NCBI GenBank assembly: GCA_031273325.1
Contig: JAISSB010000028.1
Coordinates: forward strand, 1 to 59,841
Direction: 5' to 3'
From: Treponema sp.
GTDB taxonomy: Bacteria; Spirochaetota; Spirochaetia; Treponematales; Breznakiellaceae
DNA: 59,841 nucleotides
The translations under genes were made by a program, and so were the position numbers. Every line of letters starts with the position of its first letter. Position 1 is the first letter of the stretch. The notes beneath the pieces are model-generated. The model was given only the letters and a program-made list of their open reading frames with translations. It was not told the origin of the DNA and searched no databases. Below are positions 1 to 9,526 of this stretch, one piece after another.

Positions 1-490
1 AATTATTCTGGTTAACTTTATTAATAAAGAGATTGCATTAATATACTGTAAGGTTTTAATAATTTAAAGCTTTATACCGCCTTATAATATTTTCTAAATT
101 TTATTAATATTTCTAAAACTATGTGTGTAAATACGGATACTGAAAAATATCTTTTATATATGTATATAAGCTTATCGGCAATAATGAGCTAACAATAGGT
201 CACGTTAAATCTTTATGCAGAATGTTTATCTTAGTATTCTGGTTAGTTTTGCTAATAAAGACATTACATTAGTATACTGCAAGGTTTTAATACTTTAAAG
301 CTTAATACCGCCTTATAATATTTTCTAAATTTTATTAATATTTCTAAAACCATATATATAGATATAGATACTGAAAAATATTTTTTGTATATGTATATAA
401 GCTTATCGGCAATAATAAGCCGACAGCGGGTCACGTTAAACTTTTATGCGGAGTGTCCGCCCCAGTATTCCGGTTGGCTTTACTAATAAA
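1..490. repeat. Degenerate 231-bp tandem duplication (about 2 units) including the last ~55 bp of livH
   Basis: 4-234 aligns with 235-465; 200-259 aligns with 431-490 with 14 mismatches, all transitions. Confidence 0.85.
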
Positions 491-1326
491 ATAATAATAA
501 GAATAGAAAAAGAAATTGCATCGGCATACTGTGAAGAAAGATAACCTTTTGTTAAGGCTTCAGCAATCCCCAGGATAATACCGCCAAGCATTGCTCCAGG
601 AACCGAACCAATGCCTCCAAGAACCGCAGCAACAAATGCCTTAAGTCCTGGCATTGTTCCCATTGTTGGAGAAATTTGCGGATACGCACAAGCAAAAAGG
701 ATACCACCCGCAGCAGCAAGTATTGAACCAAGCGCAAAAGTAAAAGAAATCGTACTATTAACGGGAATACCCATGAGACTTGCTGCTTGCATATCATACG
801 AAACGGCACGCATTGCTTTTCCGCGTTTTGTGTAATTAATTAAAAAACTTAAACCAACCATCAATAATGCCGAACATACAATGACAATAAGTTGAATAGT
901 TGATACCGCTATTCCACCAAAAGATACGGTACTTACTGCCGGACGCGGAAATTGACGAGGATTCGGTCCAATAAACGGTATAACACGCACGCCGTTCTGT
1001 AAAATAAGCGATACAGCTATTGCCGTTATTAATGAATTAAGCCGCGGAGCGTTTCTTAACGGCCGATAAGCAAAGCGCTCAATACTAACACCAAGTATGG
1101 CACAAACAGTTGCCCCGATAATAAAAGCCAAAGCAAGTGTGAGCGGAGACACACCGAAGCGTGTTAGTACAAAATAGCCCGTATACGCACCAACCATTAA
1201 AATGTCACCATGGGCAAAGTTAATGAGCATAACAATACCGTACACCATCGTATATCCGAGGGCAATCAGTGCATAAATACTTCCTAAGGAAATACCATTA
1301 ATTAATTGCTGTAAAAAAATTTCCAT
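436..1326 (-). CDS. livH: Branched-chain amino acid ABC transporter permease
   Basis: QQLINGISLGSIYALIALGYTMVYG..INFAHG and KAFVAAVLGGIGS signatures; start moved to ATG 1326 behind an AGAGGA RBS. Confidence 0.92.
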   Translation of the reverse strand: MEIFLQQLINGISLGSIYALIALGYTMVYGIVMLINFAHGDILMVGAYTGYFVLTRFGVSPLTLALAFIIGATVCAILGVSIERFAYRPLRNAPRLNSLITAIAVSLILQNGVRVIPFIGPNPRQFPRPAVSTVSFGGIAVSTIQLIVIVCSALLMVGLSFLINYTKRGKAMRAVSYDMQAASLMGIPVNSTISFTFALGSILAAAGGILFACAYPQISPTMGTMPGLKAFVAAVLGGIGSVPGAMLGGIILGIAEALTKGYLSSQYADAISFSILIIILLVKPTGILGRTLRIKV

Positions 1327-1392
1327 AAGTATTCCTCTGCATGTTAAATAACGGTTTATAATAACAATAAGAAACTGAATATTCAACTCCTC

Positions 1393-1420
1393 TTGACGAC
1401 AGTTAAAAAGAGCTTATACT
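1393..1420 (+). promoter_or_regulatory. sigma70-type promoter, probably leaderless transcript of rsxC
   Basis: TTGACG-16nt-TATACT, 6 nt before ATG 1427, no SD sequence. Confidence 0.6.
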
Positions 1421-1426
1421 GTATCT

Positions 1427-2779
1427 ATGATTGTTAGGACGTTTAAACGAGGTATAAAGCTTCACCCATGCAAAGAAGCTACGGAAGGACATCCGGTTGA
1501 ATGTGCGCCGCTTCCAAAACGGGTAGTAATACCCATTAATCAACATTTCGGCGCCCCAAATAAAAGCATAGTTAAAGTTGGCGATACAGTAAAAAGAGGA
1601 CAAAAGATTGCTGAAGCACTAAAGCCTGGGTTAATGACCGTTCCCGTACATGCTTCTATTACCGGCACCGTTAAAAAAATTGAACCGCATATTCAAGCAA
1701 ATAATACCGAAGGACTCTGTATTCTTATTGAAGCAAATCCCAACGCTGATAAAGATCGTGACGTCGATTTTATGCCGCCGCTTGATGCATTTGACTGTAC
1801 AAAAACGGATGCACTCAAGAGAATTCAGGAAGCCGGTATAGTCGGACTTGGCGGAGCAGGGTTCCCGTCGCATGTAAAACTGTCCCCACCTCCGGATAAG
1901 AAGATAGATTTGTTAATTGCTAACGGTGCAGAATGTGAACCGTATCTCACAACAGACGAAGCTATTATCAGCGAAAAACCGCACCTACTCATAACCGGAA
2001 TTGCTATTGTTATGCACATTACCGGTGTTCGCCAAGCTATTATCGGTATAGAAGATAACAAAAAAACATTAATACCGTTGCTTGAACGAGAGATTCGGCT
2101 TAGACAATACCCCGACTCTATTACAGTGGAAGTATGTAAAACACTGTATCCCCAAGGCGGAGAAAAGATGCTCATTAAAGCTTTAACAGGGCGTGAAGTA
2201 CCTTCCGGCGGTTTACCTATGGATACCGGATGTATCGTACAAAACGTGGGAAGTTTAGTATCTATTGCAGAAGCTTTTACTGTAGGAAAACCGTTAATTG
2301 ATCGAGATTTAACAGTGTCAGGAGGAGCATGTAAAACTCCTAAAAATATCCGCACCCCGATTGGTACTATTCTCACCGATTTACCGGTTGAATTTATGAC
2401 TATAGAACATACTACCGTGCAGAAAATTCTCTTCGGCGGACCTATGATGGGAACTGCGGTACCAAGTCTTGAGATTCCCATTCAAAAAAATACATCGGGT
2501 ATTATTCTTATGACCGGCGAAGAAACAAATAGCGATAGTGAAGCTTCTTGTATCCGGTGCGGACGGTGTATCAATTTTTGTGCATGCCGTCTTGCACCAG
2601 CACTTATGAAAGAAAATCTGGACGCAGGTGATTTAAAGGGAGCCGTTAAAGCCGGCTTACTTGATTGCATTGAATGCGGAAGTTGTACGTATGTATGTCC
2701 TGCCCGCATTAAATTAGTTCAACGGTTCCGTGTTGGAAAACAAATTATTCGCATGCGTCAACAAGGGACTAAAAAGTAA
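1427..2779 (+). CDS. rsxC: Rnf/Rsx electron transport complex subunit C
   Basis: GIVGLGGAGFPSHVK, NGAECEPYL, GGPMMG and two 4Fe-4S motifs (CIRCGRC, CIECGSCTYVCP). Confidence 0.93.
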   Translation: MIVRTFKRGIKLHPCKEATEGHPVECAPLPKRVVIPINQHFGAPNKSIVKVGDTVKRGQKIAEALKPGLMTVPVHASITGTVKKIEPHIQANNTEGLCILIEANPNADKDRDVDFMPPLDAFDCTKTDALKRIQEAGIVGLGGAGFPSHVKLSPPPDKKIDLLIANGAECEPYLTTDEAIISEKPHLLITGIAIVMHITGVRQAIIGIEDNKKTLIPLLEREIRLRQYPDSITVEVCKTLYPQGGEKMLIKALTGREVPSGGLPMDTGCIVQNVGSLVSIAEAFTVGKPLIDRDLTVSGGACKTPKNIRTPIGTILTDLPVEFMTIEHTTVQKILFGGPMMGTAVPSLEIPIQKNTSGIILMTGEETNSDSEASCIRCGRCINFCACRLAPALMKENLDAGDLKGAVKAGLLDCIECGSCTYVCPARIKLVQRFRVGKQIIRMRQQGTKK

Positions 2780-2788
2780 TTATCTGGA

Positions 2789-3802
2789 TTATCGTCGTTT
2801 TCGTTTTCCTTTTTTCTTCGCTACGGTTTTTGCGGTACTTGTTTGTACGGGATATACAGAGATAGCATGACTGTGCGGCATAGCCTTCAAGATTGGAAGC
2901 GCTACAATTGCGGCAATAATCATAAAAAAAGAAAGAATTTGTCCGGTTGAGAAGCTTAACAGAGGGTGTGCTTTGGCAGGAGCTAAGGTATTAGAAATAA
3001 ATTCAAGCCGATAGCCAAGATCCGAATCGGGTTCACGAAAATATTCTAAAATGAATCGGATTAAACCGTAACCACCAATGTACAAAGCCCATAAAAAGCC
3101 TTTAAATGGTTTACGGTTTCTTAAAAGCCATACTATCGCCCATAAAAAAATTCCCTCAAAAAAAGCTTCAAATAACTGAGAAGGATAGCGCGGTAAATTG
3201 ACCATATCATTATTAATAACTATGCCGACTTTTTCTGCTGCTTCCTGTACCCATTGTTCCCGTGTCGGCAATTTTTCAGCGTATGGAAAAAGCATTCCCA
3301 AAGGACCTGTGGTAACTCTGCCGTACAATTCTCCATTGATAAAATTGCCGATCCTACCAAATGTGTATCCAAGGGGAATACTTGCTGCAAACATATCGCT
3401 AATTTCGCGGACACTCAGTTTTTTTATTAACGAATAACTGATAAAACCCGCTAACCCACCAATGACACCACCGTGATAACTCATTCCTGCAAGTCCCGTG
3501 AATTGACCGTTTCGGAACGGCCAAAATACAAGCCACGGTTGTTCCCGGTAAATATTGCTCGTTTCATAAACAATAGTTGCAAAAATTCGCGCTCCCAGTA
3601 ATAAACCGGCAATTCCCCAAGAAAATAATCCTGAAAGTTGGTCGGAACTTATAGGAAAATTCCGCTCGCGTACTTGTTTCTGATACAAAAGAAAAGCCGT
3701 ACCAAAAGCAAGAATGTACATTATTCCATACCAACGAATAGGAATTCCTGGAATTATTTCTGGCGATAACCATGAAGGAAAAGGAATATATAAAAAATTC
3801 AC
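2789..3802 (-). CDS. lgt: Prolipoprotein diacylglyceryl transferase
   Basis: IRWYG, GMSYHGG, GRIGNFINGELYGR, PSQLFEA motifs. Confidence 0.95.
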   Translation of the reverse strand: MNFLYIPFPSWLSPEIIPGIPIRWYGIMYILAFGTAFLLYQKQVRERNFPISSDQLSGLFSWGIAGLLLGARIFATIVYETSNIYREQPWLVFWPFRNGQFTGLAGMSYHGGVIGGLAGFISYSLIKKLSVREISDMFAASIPLGYTFGRIGNFINGELYGRVTTGPLGMLFPYAEKLPTREQWVQEAAEKVGIVINNDMVNLPRYPSQLFEAFFEGIFLWAIVWLLRNRKPFKGFLWALYIGGYGLIRFILEYFREPDSDLGYRLEFISNTLAPAKAHPLLSFSTGQILSFFMIIAAIVALPILKAMPHSHAISVYPVQTSTAKTVAKKKGKRKRR

Positions 3803-4938
3803 ACCTTAAATCCTTGATTTAAAGCTTTTGATAATTTCAATTTGATAAAATTATTTTCTTTTTTCAATTTATTTATCTCTAGTTGTTGCGATTTAATTGT
3901 TTCAATAAGATCGCCTTGTGTTAAGGTTCCGGAATGGAGCAAATCTTCAACATAACTTAACTTATTTTCAAAATCTGTTTCTGCTTCTGAACTTGTTTCT
4001 AAAAAACTAGCTTCAATTTCCTTGTCGTTTAAAACAAACTGTTCTGCATTTGATTGCAGTATTTTTTCGGCAATTCTATAAATACCCTGTGATAACAGTG
4101 CTTGTGGTTTATAAATAGTGATGGGAATTCTTGACGCAAGACTCGTATCTTGCAATGAATCACGGTAAATAACTCCCAGGTATTCGACTTTCAGTGACAG
4201 ATATTCGGCACAAGACCTTTTAATTTTCGTTGCAACTTCTGCATCTTTCGGGTCATCAACCATATTGGTTACAATACGTGGGTGGAATCTCGCCATATGT
4301 TCAAGGAATTTCTGGTATGAATTTGGATCAATCTTCTGTATTTCAGGCAAAATACGCGGAATATAAAGCCGCTGAGAACCTTCTTTACGGATTTGTTCGA
4401 TGTATGCATTTGCCGGAGTATCTCTGCCGAATATCGTGTACATAAGGCGAAACACGGTATTTTTGAGAAAAACATAGGCATTAAGTACCGCTGTTACTGC
4501 AGGAGAAGTTACAATAATCCCTTGTCCTGAAAGGAGAAAAAAATCCAAAATAGATTGGTGTGTTCCTGCTCCAAGATCAATAATAAGTACATCAGTATTT
4601 TCTTTTAGTGCTAACAGTTGTTTCACTAACGCGTTACGTTGAATAGGTCTTAAATTTGCTGTCCCCGGTATTTCTGTATCTCCCGGTATAAAGCGAAGGC
4701 CGGGTATATCGGTTTCGGCTATAACTTCGTTGAGACTTAAATTAATGTTGTTAAGAAAGGTACCAATTCCTGCTTTTGGCGAGTGGTGACCAAGTACCAA
4801 GTGGAGATTTGAAGCGCCTAAATCAAGATCTGCCAGCACAACACGCTGTCCAGCTTGGGCAAGGGCTACAGATAAATTAGCAGCAATAAGCGACTTTCCA
4901 ACACCTCCTTTACCGCTTGCTACTGGAATAATACGCAT
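3799..4938 (-). CDS. MinD/FlhG-like P-loop ATPase with C-terminal coiled coil
   Basis: SGKGGVGKS deviant Walker A, DLDLGASNLH, IDLGAG. Confidence 0.85.
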   Translation of the reverse strand: MRIIPVASGKGGVGKSLIAANLSVALAQAGQRVVLADLDLGASNLHLVLGHHSPKAGIGTFLNNINLSLNEVIAETDIPGLRFIPGDTEIPGTANLRPIQRNALVKQLLALKENTDVLIIDLGAGTHQSILDFFLLSGQGIIVTSPAVTAVLNAYVFLKNTVFRLMYTIFGRDTPANAYIEQIRKEGSQRLYIPRILPEIQKIDPNSYQKFLEHMARFHPRIVTNMVDDPKDAEVATKIKRSCAEYLSLKVEYLGVIYRDSLQDTSLASRIPITIYKPQALLSQGIYRIAEKILQSNAEQFVLNDKEIEASFLETSSEAETDFENKLSYVEDLLHSGTLTQGDLIETIKSQQLEINKLKKENNFIKLKLSKALNQGFKV

Positions 4939-4986
4939 GGGTAAGCCTCCTCCATTTCATGATTTTAGCTCGCTAAACTTGTAGCG

Positions 4987-5376
4987 TCAAGGGGATTCCG
5001 GGCGATTAAGTCGGCGAATTTTTGCGCGGAGTGCGATCGCTGCGACAAGAGAAAGGAGATCTCCACCAAAAAGAATAAAAGGAAATAAAAAAACACTCCA
5101 AGAAGATATATATAATGAAACGATAATCCACGTAAAAAATGACACTATAACGATGATTTTACCAGCAATATACAGTTCAATATAGGGAAAAAATGCATTC
5201 AGTCGCAATAATAAAAAAAATGCTATTAAAAGAAAAAGTGCATTGGGAACGGTATACGTCACAAGCGGTTCTTCAAAGCTTGTCGTTGCAGTACTATTAA
5301 CTGTCTGTATAACAAGCACGAGGCGAATCATTTCATAAATACACAAAACCACCCTTAACGGCTTGTATACATTCAT
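4987..5376 (-). CDS. Hypothetical membrane protein
   Basis: 129 aa, about four hydrophobic segments, upstream TTGACG-17-TAAACT. Confidence 0.65.
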   Translation of the reverse strand: MNVYKPLRVVLCIYEMIRLVLVIQTVNSTATTSFEEPLVTYTVPNALFLLIAFFLLLRLNAFFPYIELYIAGKIIVIVSFFTWIIVSLYISSWSVFLFPFILFGGDLLSLVAAIALRAKIRRLNRPESP

Positions 5377-5463
5377 AGAACTGTAAGTTTAGAGCAGTGC
5401 TATACTCTCGTCAAGACGGTAAGACTTGACAAAAACACTTTATTATGTCATAATGATATAAAT

Positions 5464-6267
5464 ATGATTATGCAGAATAGTATTGTTCTAATTACAGGAG
5501 GGGCAAGCGGTATTGGAGCGTATATGGCACGTGAATGTGCAGAACGCGGTGCTACTGTGGTTGTGTGGGATATCAATGAAACGATGCTCCGCGGACTTGA
5601 AACGACAGTACCCGGAATTACTACTATGCGGTGCAATGTTGCAGATAGAGCGGATGTGTATTATCAAGCTGAACAACTTCAAAAAACAGTGGGACACGTT
5701 GATATTTTAATCAATAATGCAGGAGTCGTTTCCGGAACTACGGTATTAGAAACGCCTGACGATAGTATTATCCACACATTCAATGTCAATGTACTGGCTC
5801 ACTTTTGGACAGTAAAAGCTTTTCTGCCGTCAATGTTAACTCGAAATAGCGGTCATATTGTAACGATAGCTTCGGCAGCAGGACTTATTGGAGTCAAAGG
5901 GCTTGCTGATTATTCGGCAAGTAAATTTGCCGTTTTTGGTTTTGATGAAGCTCTCCGAATGGAATTACGGTCACGCAAAAGCGCGGTAAAAACGACAGTT
6001 GTATGCCCTTTTTTTATTGATACCGGTATGTTCAAAGGAGTGAAAACAAAATTCCCGCTTTTATTACCGATTCTTAATAAAGAAAAAACTGCTCATAAAA
6101 TTATACACGCTATACTTCAGCAGAAAAAACGTCTTATTATCCCTCCTTTTGTGTATTCAACTGTATGGTTGAGACTTTTCCCTCCGACAGTCTTAGATAT
6201 TCTCGCAGATTTTTTTGGAATCAATCATTCCATGGATGATTTTGTTGGTAGAATTAGTAAAAAATGA
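5464..6267 (+). CDS. Short-chain dehydrogenase/reductase
   Basis: TGGASGIG, NNAG, YSASK motifs. Confidence 0.93.
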   Translation: MIMQNSIVLITGGASGIGAYMARECAERGATVVVWDINETMLRGLETTVPGITTMRCNVADRADVYYQAEQLQKTVGHVDILINNAGVVSGTTVLETPDDSIIHTFNVNVLAHFWTVKAFLPSMLTRNSGHIVTIASAAGLIGVKGLADYSASKFAVFGFDEALRMELRSRKSAVKTTVVCPFFIDTGMFKGVKTKFPLLLPILNKEKTAHKIIHAILQQKKRLIIPPFVYSTVWLRLFPPTVLDILADFFGINHSMDDFVGRISKK

Positions 6268-7742
6268 AAGAACTTATTGAACATGCAAGAAATGTTCAAC
6301 GTCAATGGGCAGCAATCCCCTATAAAAAACGATCAGAATATATCGGTGCTATTAAACCGTATTTAGCAGAACATGTTGACAGTATTGTCACGACCATTCA
6401 TGAAGAAAATGGAAAGTTGACGCTCGACGCATTAGCTACCGAAGTATTACCGGCTCTTATGGCGCTTCCCTACTATGTGAAGCAAGGGAAACGATTAAGC
6501 CGAGGGCATGCAATTCACGGCGGTCATATTCTTATGTTCAATAAACGGAGCCGTATTGACTATCAACCGTATGGAGTTATTGGAATTATTTCACCGTGGA
6601 ATTATCCTTTTGCTATTCCTTTTTCTGAAGTACTTATGGCGCTCCTTGCAGGTAATGCGGTTATACTCAAAGTCGCTTCCCTTACTCCCCGCGTTGGACG
6701 GCTGCTTAACGCAGTCTTCAGTGCAGCTCACATACCGGACGGTTTGTTTAACTATATTGAAATGCCGGGCGCTGAAGCCGGAAAAGCGTTTATTGAAGGG
6801 GGAATTGATAAACTCTTCTTCACCGGTTCAACGACAGTTGGGCGCCATTTGATGAGCCTTGCCGCTTCACGGTTAGTACCCTTGGTATTAGAGCTTGGCG
6901 GAGCTGATCCTGCGATAATATGTGCAGATGCTGATATACAGCGTGCTGCTACGGGGATTGTATGGGCAGGCTTTTCAAATGCAGGACAATCGTGCGGCGG
7001 CGCTCAGCGGATTCTCGTACATACTGCCGTCTATCAATCGTTTAGCGACACATTGTGTTCGTTGGTACGTTCACTCCGCATAGGCAGTACCGTCGATTAC
7101 GATATGGGACCAATGGCTTCGCTAAAGCAAAAACAAACGGTTAAAGAGCAACTAGACCGTTGTTTAAGTGCAGGGGCAACAATTGCTGCTCAAAGTTCAC
7201 AGGGAAGTTTTGAAGATTTACGTCTCGAGGCTCCCGCGGTCGTGCTTACCAATATCAAAGAAACGATGCCTATTATGTGTGAGGAAGTATTTGGACCAAT
7301 CGTTGGGCTTATCCCATTTAGTTCTGACGAAGAAGCGCTCCGCATTGCAAATAATTCACAGTATGGATTAACAGCTTCGGTATGGTCGCGAAACCGCAGC
7401 CATGCACGCTTAGTGGCTCAACAGATACAAGCGGGAACAGTGATGATCAACGATCACCTGATGTCGCACGGTTTGGCAGAAACTCCATGGGGAGGATTTA
7501 AAGATTCGGGCATAGGACGGACGCATGGCGAGGCAGGGTTTCGTGAGATGCTCACCACGCACATTATCGTTGACGACATACTTCCTGGCGTAAAACGCAA
7601 TATCTTTTGGCAGCCGTATTCAAAAAAAGTCTATGACGGACTGTATGCTCTCAGTGAATTCTTAACAGCTTCGACGGTTATGCAACGCATTAAAACAATG
7701 CCGCGGGTACTCGATATTTTCTTTCGCTACTTTAAAAAATAA
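6264..7742 (+). CDS. Aldehyde dehydrogenase
   Basis: PWNYP, FTGST, LELGG, GQSC, EEVFGP motifs; ATGA overlap with the SDR gene. Confidence 0.95.
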   Translation: MKELIEHARNVQRQWAAIPYKKRSEYIGAIKPYLAEHVDSIVTTIHEENGKLTLDALATEVLPALMALPYYVKQGKRLSRGHAIHGGHILMFNKRSRIDYQPYGVIGIISPWNYPFAIPFSEVLMALLAGNAVILKVASLTPRVGRLLNAVFSAAHIPDGLFNYIEMPGAEAGKAFIEGGIDKLFFTGSTTVGRHLMSLAASRLVPLVLELGGADPAIICADADIQRAATGIVWAGFSNAGQSCGGAQRILVHTAVYQSFSDTLCSLVRSLRIGSTVDYDMGPMASLKQKQTVKEQLDRCLSAGATIAAQSSQGSFEDLRLEAPAVVLTNIKETMPIMCEEVFGPIVGLIPFSSDEEALRIANNSQYGLTASVWSRNRSHARLVAQQIQAGTVMINDHLMSHGLAETPWGGFKDSGIGRTHGEAGFREMLTTHIIVDDILPGVKRNIFWQPYSKKVYDGLYALSEFLTASTVMQRIKTMPRVLDIFFRYFKK

Positions 7743-7751
7743 AATTTTTAA

Positions 7752-8070
7752 AGGGGATAGACCCTCTTTGTCTTGGGGACAGACTCTTGTCATTCGGGGA
7801 CAGACCTCTTTGTCTTGGGGACAGACCTCTTGTCATTGGGGACAGACCTCTTTGTCTTTTGGGACAGACCCTTGTCATTCGGGGACAGACTCTTGTCATT
7901 TTGGGACAGATCTCTTTGTCATTCGGGGACAGACCTCTTGTCATTGGGGACAGACCTCTTTGTCTTTTGGGACAGACTCTTGTCATTTTGGGACAGACCT
8001 CTTTGTCATTCGGGGACAGACCTCTTTGTCATTCGGGGACAGACCTTCTTGTTTCTGGGGACAGACCTCT
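7752..8070 (+). repeat. Tandem array of ~15 GGGGACAGACC-containing units (21-23 bp)
   Basis: Units such as GGGGACAGACCTCTTTGTCTT and GGGGACAGACTCTTGTCATTC; GACAGA..TTGTC can form a small hairpin. Confidence 0.95.
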
Positions 8071-8079
8071 TAAAAAAGA

Positions 8080-8098
8080 AAGGCGGTTTCCCGCCTAA
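8080..8098. terminator. Possible terminator hairpin between convergent genes
   Basis: AGGCGG-TTTC-CCGCCT with an A-run on its left. Confidence 0.45.
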
Positions 8099-8128
8099 AG
8101 AATGAGAGAAATTATTAATGCTATACGG

Positions 8129-9247
8129 TTAATCTCCCCTCCCCCCGCCAAAAAAGACTGCAGTTAATGTTTGATTGTGGTGGACAAATAACTCTTCTCC
8201 ATAGGTATTGAATCCGATAAACCGAAGCCCGCTGAATATGTTCCGGAACGTATCGATCTTGTTGAGCCGTTGCATCTCCAACAGTCTAAGCACACAGTTA
8301 AACAGAATCACTCCCTGAAGGTCAGGAATATACCTTTTTACCTTCTGCAGTGCGCTCTGCGTATGTGCAATAATATCCCCCGCCTTCAACATGTGCACAA
8401 CTGTTCCCATTGTTACGCTTGCAAAACATACCAGTCCGGTCCCGTCAATTACCGAGTGTATCGCGCGGCAATACAGCAGCCCTCCGGAAGACACACCGAG
8501 CGGATTACTTTCAAAAACGGTTGTGTTAAGCTGGTCGATACGCGTGATTCCAGCCAATTTTGCATAATACTGTGCCGCCGGCTCGTTGTTGAACTCCCAG
8601 ATGATCCGCCTTTTCGGTTCTACTTTCGTTACCATCATAGCCGTATGTCTCGGCGTATAATGGACGAAGTGGTCGCAATAAAAAGGGATATTCATCTTCA
8701 TAATTAACAGCACGAGTCCGTCGTCTGAAATCTTTTCGTCAAGTCCGACGAGCGTCTTGGCAAAGGCCAACTCGTCGGCAGCAGCTCCGCCGACAAAGGG
8801 CATATTTAAAGTACTTTCCAGCGTTAAGGCTTGCATAATATCGTCTCCTCTGCACAGCCCGTCAAAGAGAACGATACCTAAATAGGCATGCGGGTTTACC
8901 TTCCGGTAGCCCAGCTTGTTCTTGAGTTCTTCAATCGCTTGATGGGCAGCTTTGTCCGGTGTGCTTTTCACGCCTTCCTTGAAACTCACAAAAACATCTG
9001 CTACTTCGTCCGAACTCAAAGACATAGCTATGATACCTTTCTCCACGGCCATAGCAGGTGCCCACCCTCCGATCATAGACGAAGCAATGCACGTTGCCTG
9101 CGGGAACGCCTGCTTAATGGCTTTATGCGGCTCGAACCGTTCGTATTCTACTGAAAAGAAGAAGATCACTACTTTTACATTGGGCTGAGCAATTTCCTTA
9201 ATCAATCCGTTAATATCATAATTTTGCCGAGCGGCAACTTGTATCAT
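8129..9247 (-). CDS. FIST signal-transduction domain protein
   Basis: FVGGAAADEL and FNCVLR..FIGFNTYGEE..HHNQTLTAVFF FIST_C signature; ATG 9247 behind AAGGAG. Confidence 0.85.
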   Translation of the reverse strand: MIQVAARQNYDINGLIKEIAQPNVKVVIFFFSVEYERFEPHKAIKQAFPQATCIASSMIGGWAPAMAVEKGIIAMSLSSDEVADVFVSFKEGVKSTPDKAAHQAIEELKNKLGYRKVNPHAYLGIVLFDGLCRGDDIMQALTLESTLNMPFVGGAAADELAFAKTLVGLDEKISDDGLVLLIMKMNIPFYCDHFVHYTPRHTAMMVTKVEPKRRIIWEFNNEPAAQYYAKLAGITRIDQLNTTVFESNPLGVSSGGLLYCRAIHSVIDGTGLVCFASVTMGTVVHMLKAGDIIAHTQSALQKVKRYIPDLQGVILFNCVLRLLEMQRLNKIDTFRNIFSGLRFIGFNTYGEELFVHHNQTLTAVFFGGGRGD

Positions 9248-9398
9248 ACGTACTCCTTTGAAGTTATATACCACTGATCCGCAGTGCTTTCTTGCAGAAG
9301 TGTTTATGGAAAGCGGTAATTTGATTATTATACCAATGAATGAAAGAAAGTACTACATTTTTTCATTGTATGTACTTTCCCTTAACTCGTACTCTAAT

Positions 9399-9513
9399 TG
9401 AGGTCTGTCCCCCCGTCAGAGGTCTGTCCCCCTCAAGGTCTGTCCCCACTCGTTATTCTTTTAAATGTTTTTTTATTTTCTGAAGCTATCTTTCTTTTTT
9501 GGGGACAGACCCC
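9399..9513. repeat. GGGGACAGACC cluster (three reverse copies, one forward)
   Basis: GGTCTGTCCCC near 9402, 9421, 9437; GGGGACAGACC at 9501. Confidence 0.9.
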
Positions 9514-9526
9514 TATACTGTCTGCT

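Noticed and set aside
1825-2481. Long antisense ORFs (1825-2481, 40588-41202, 24417-24881 and similar)
   Set aside because: They are shadows of well-supported genes on the opposite strand and have no recognisable motifs.
9398-9526. N-terminal extensions in the ORF track (BspA from 9398, beta-CASP from 37548, epimerase from 39831, lipoprotein from 47568)
   Set aside because: They run through repeats, promoters or leader structure; better starts with an RBS or -10 box exist downstream.
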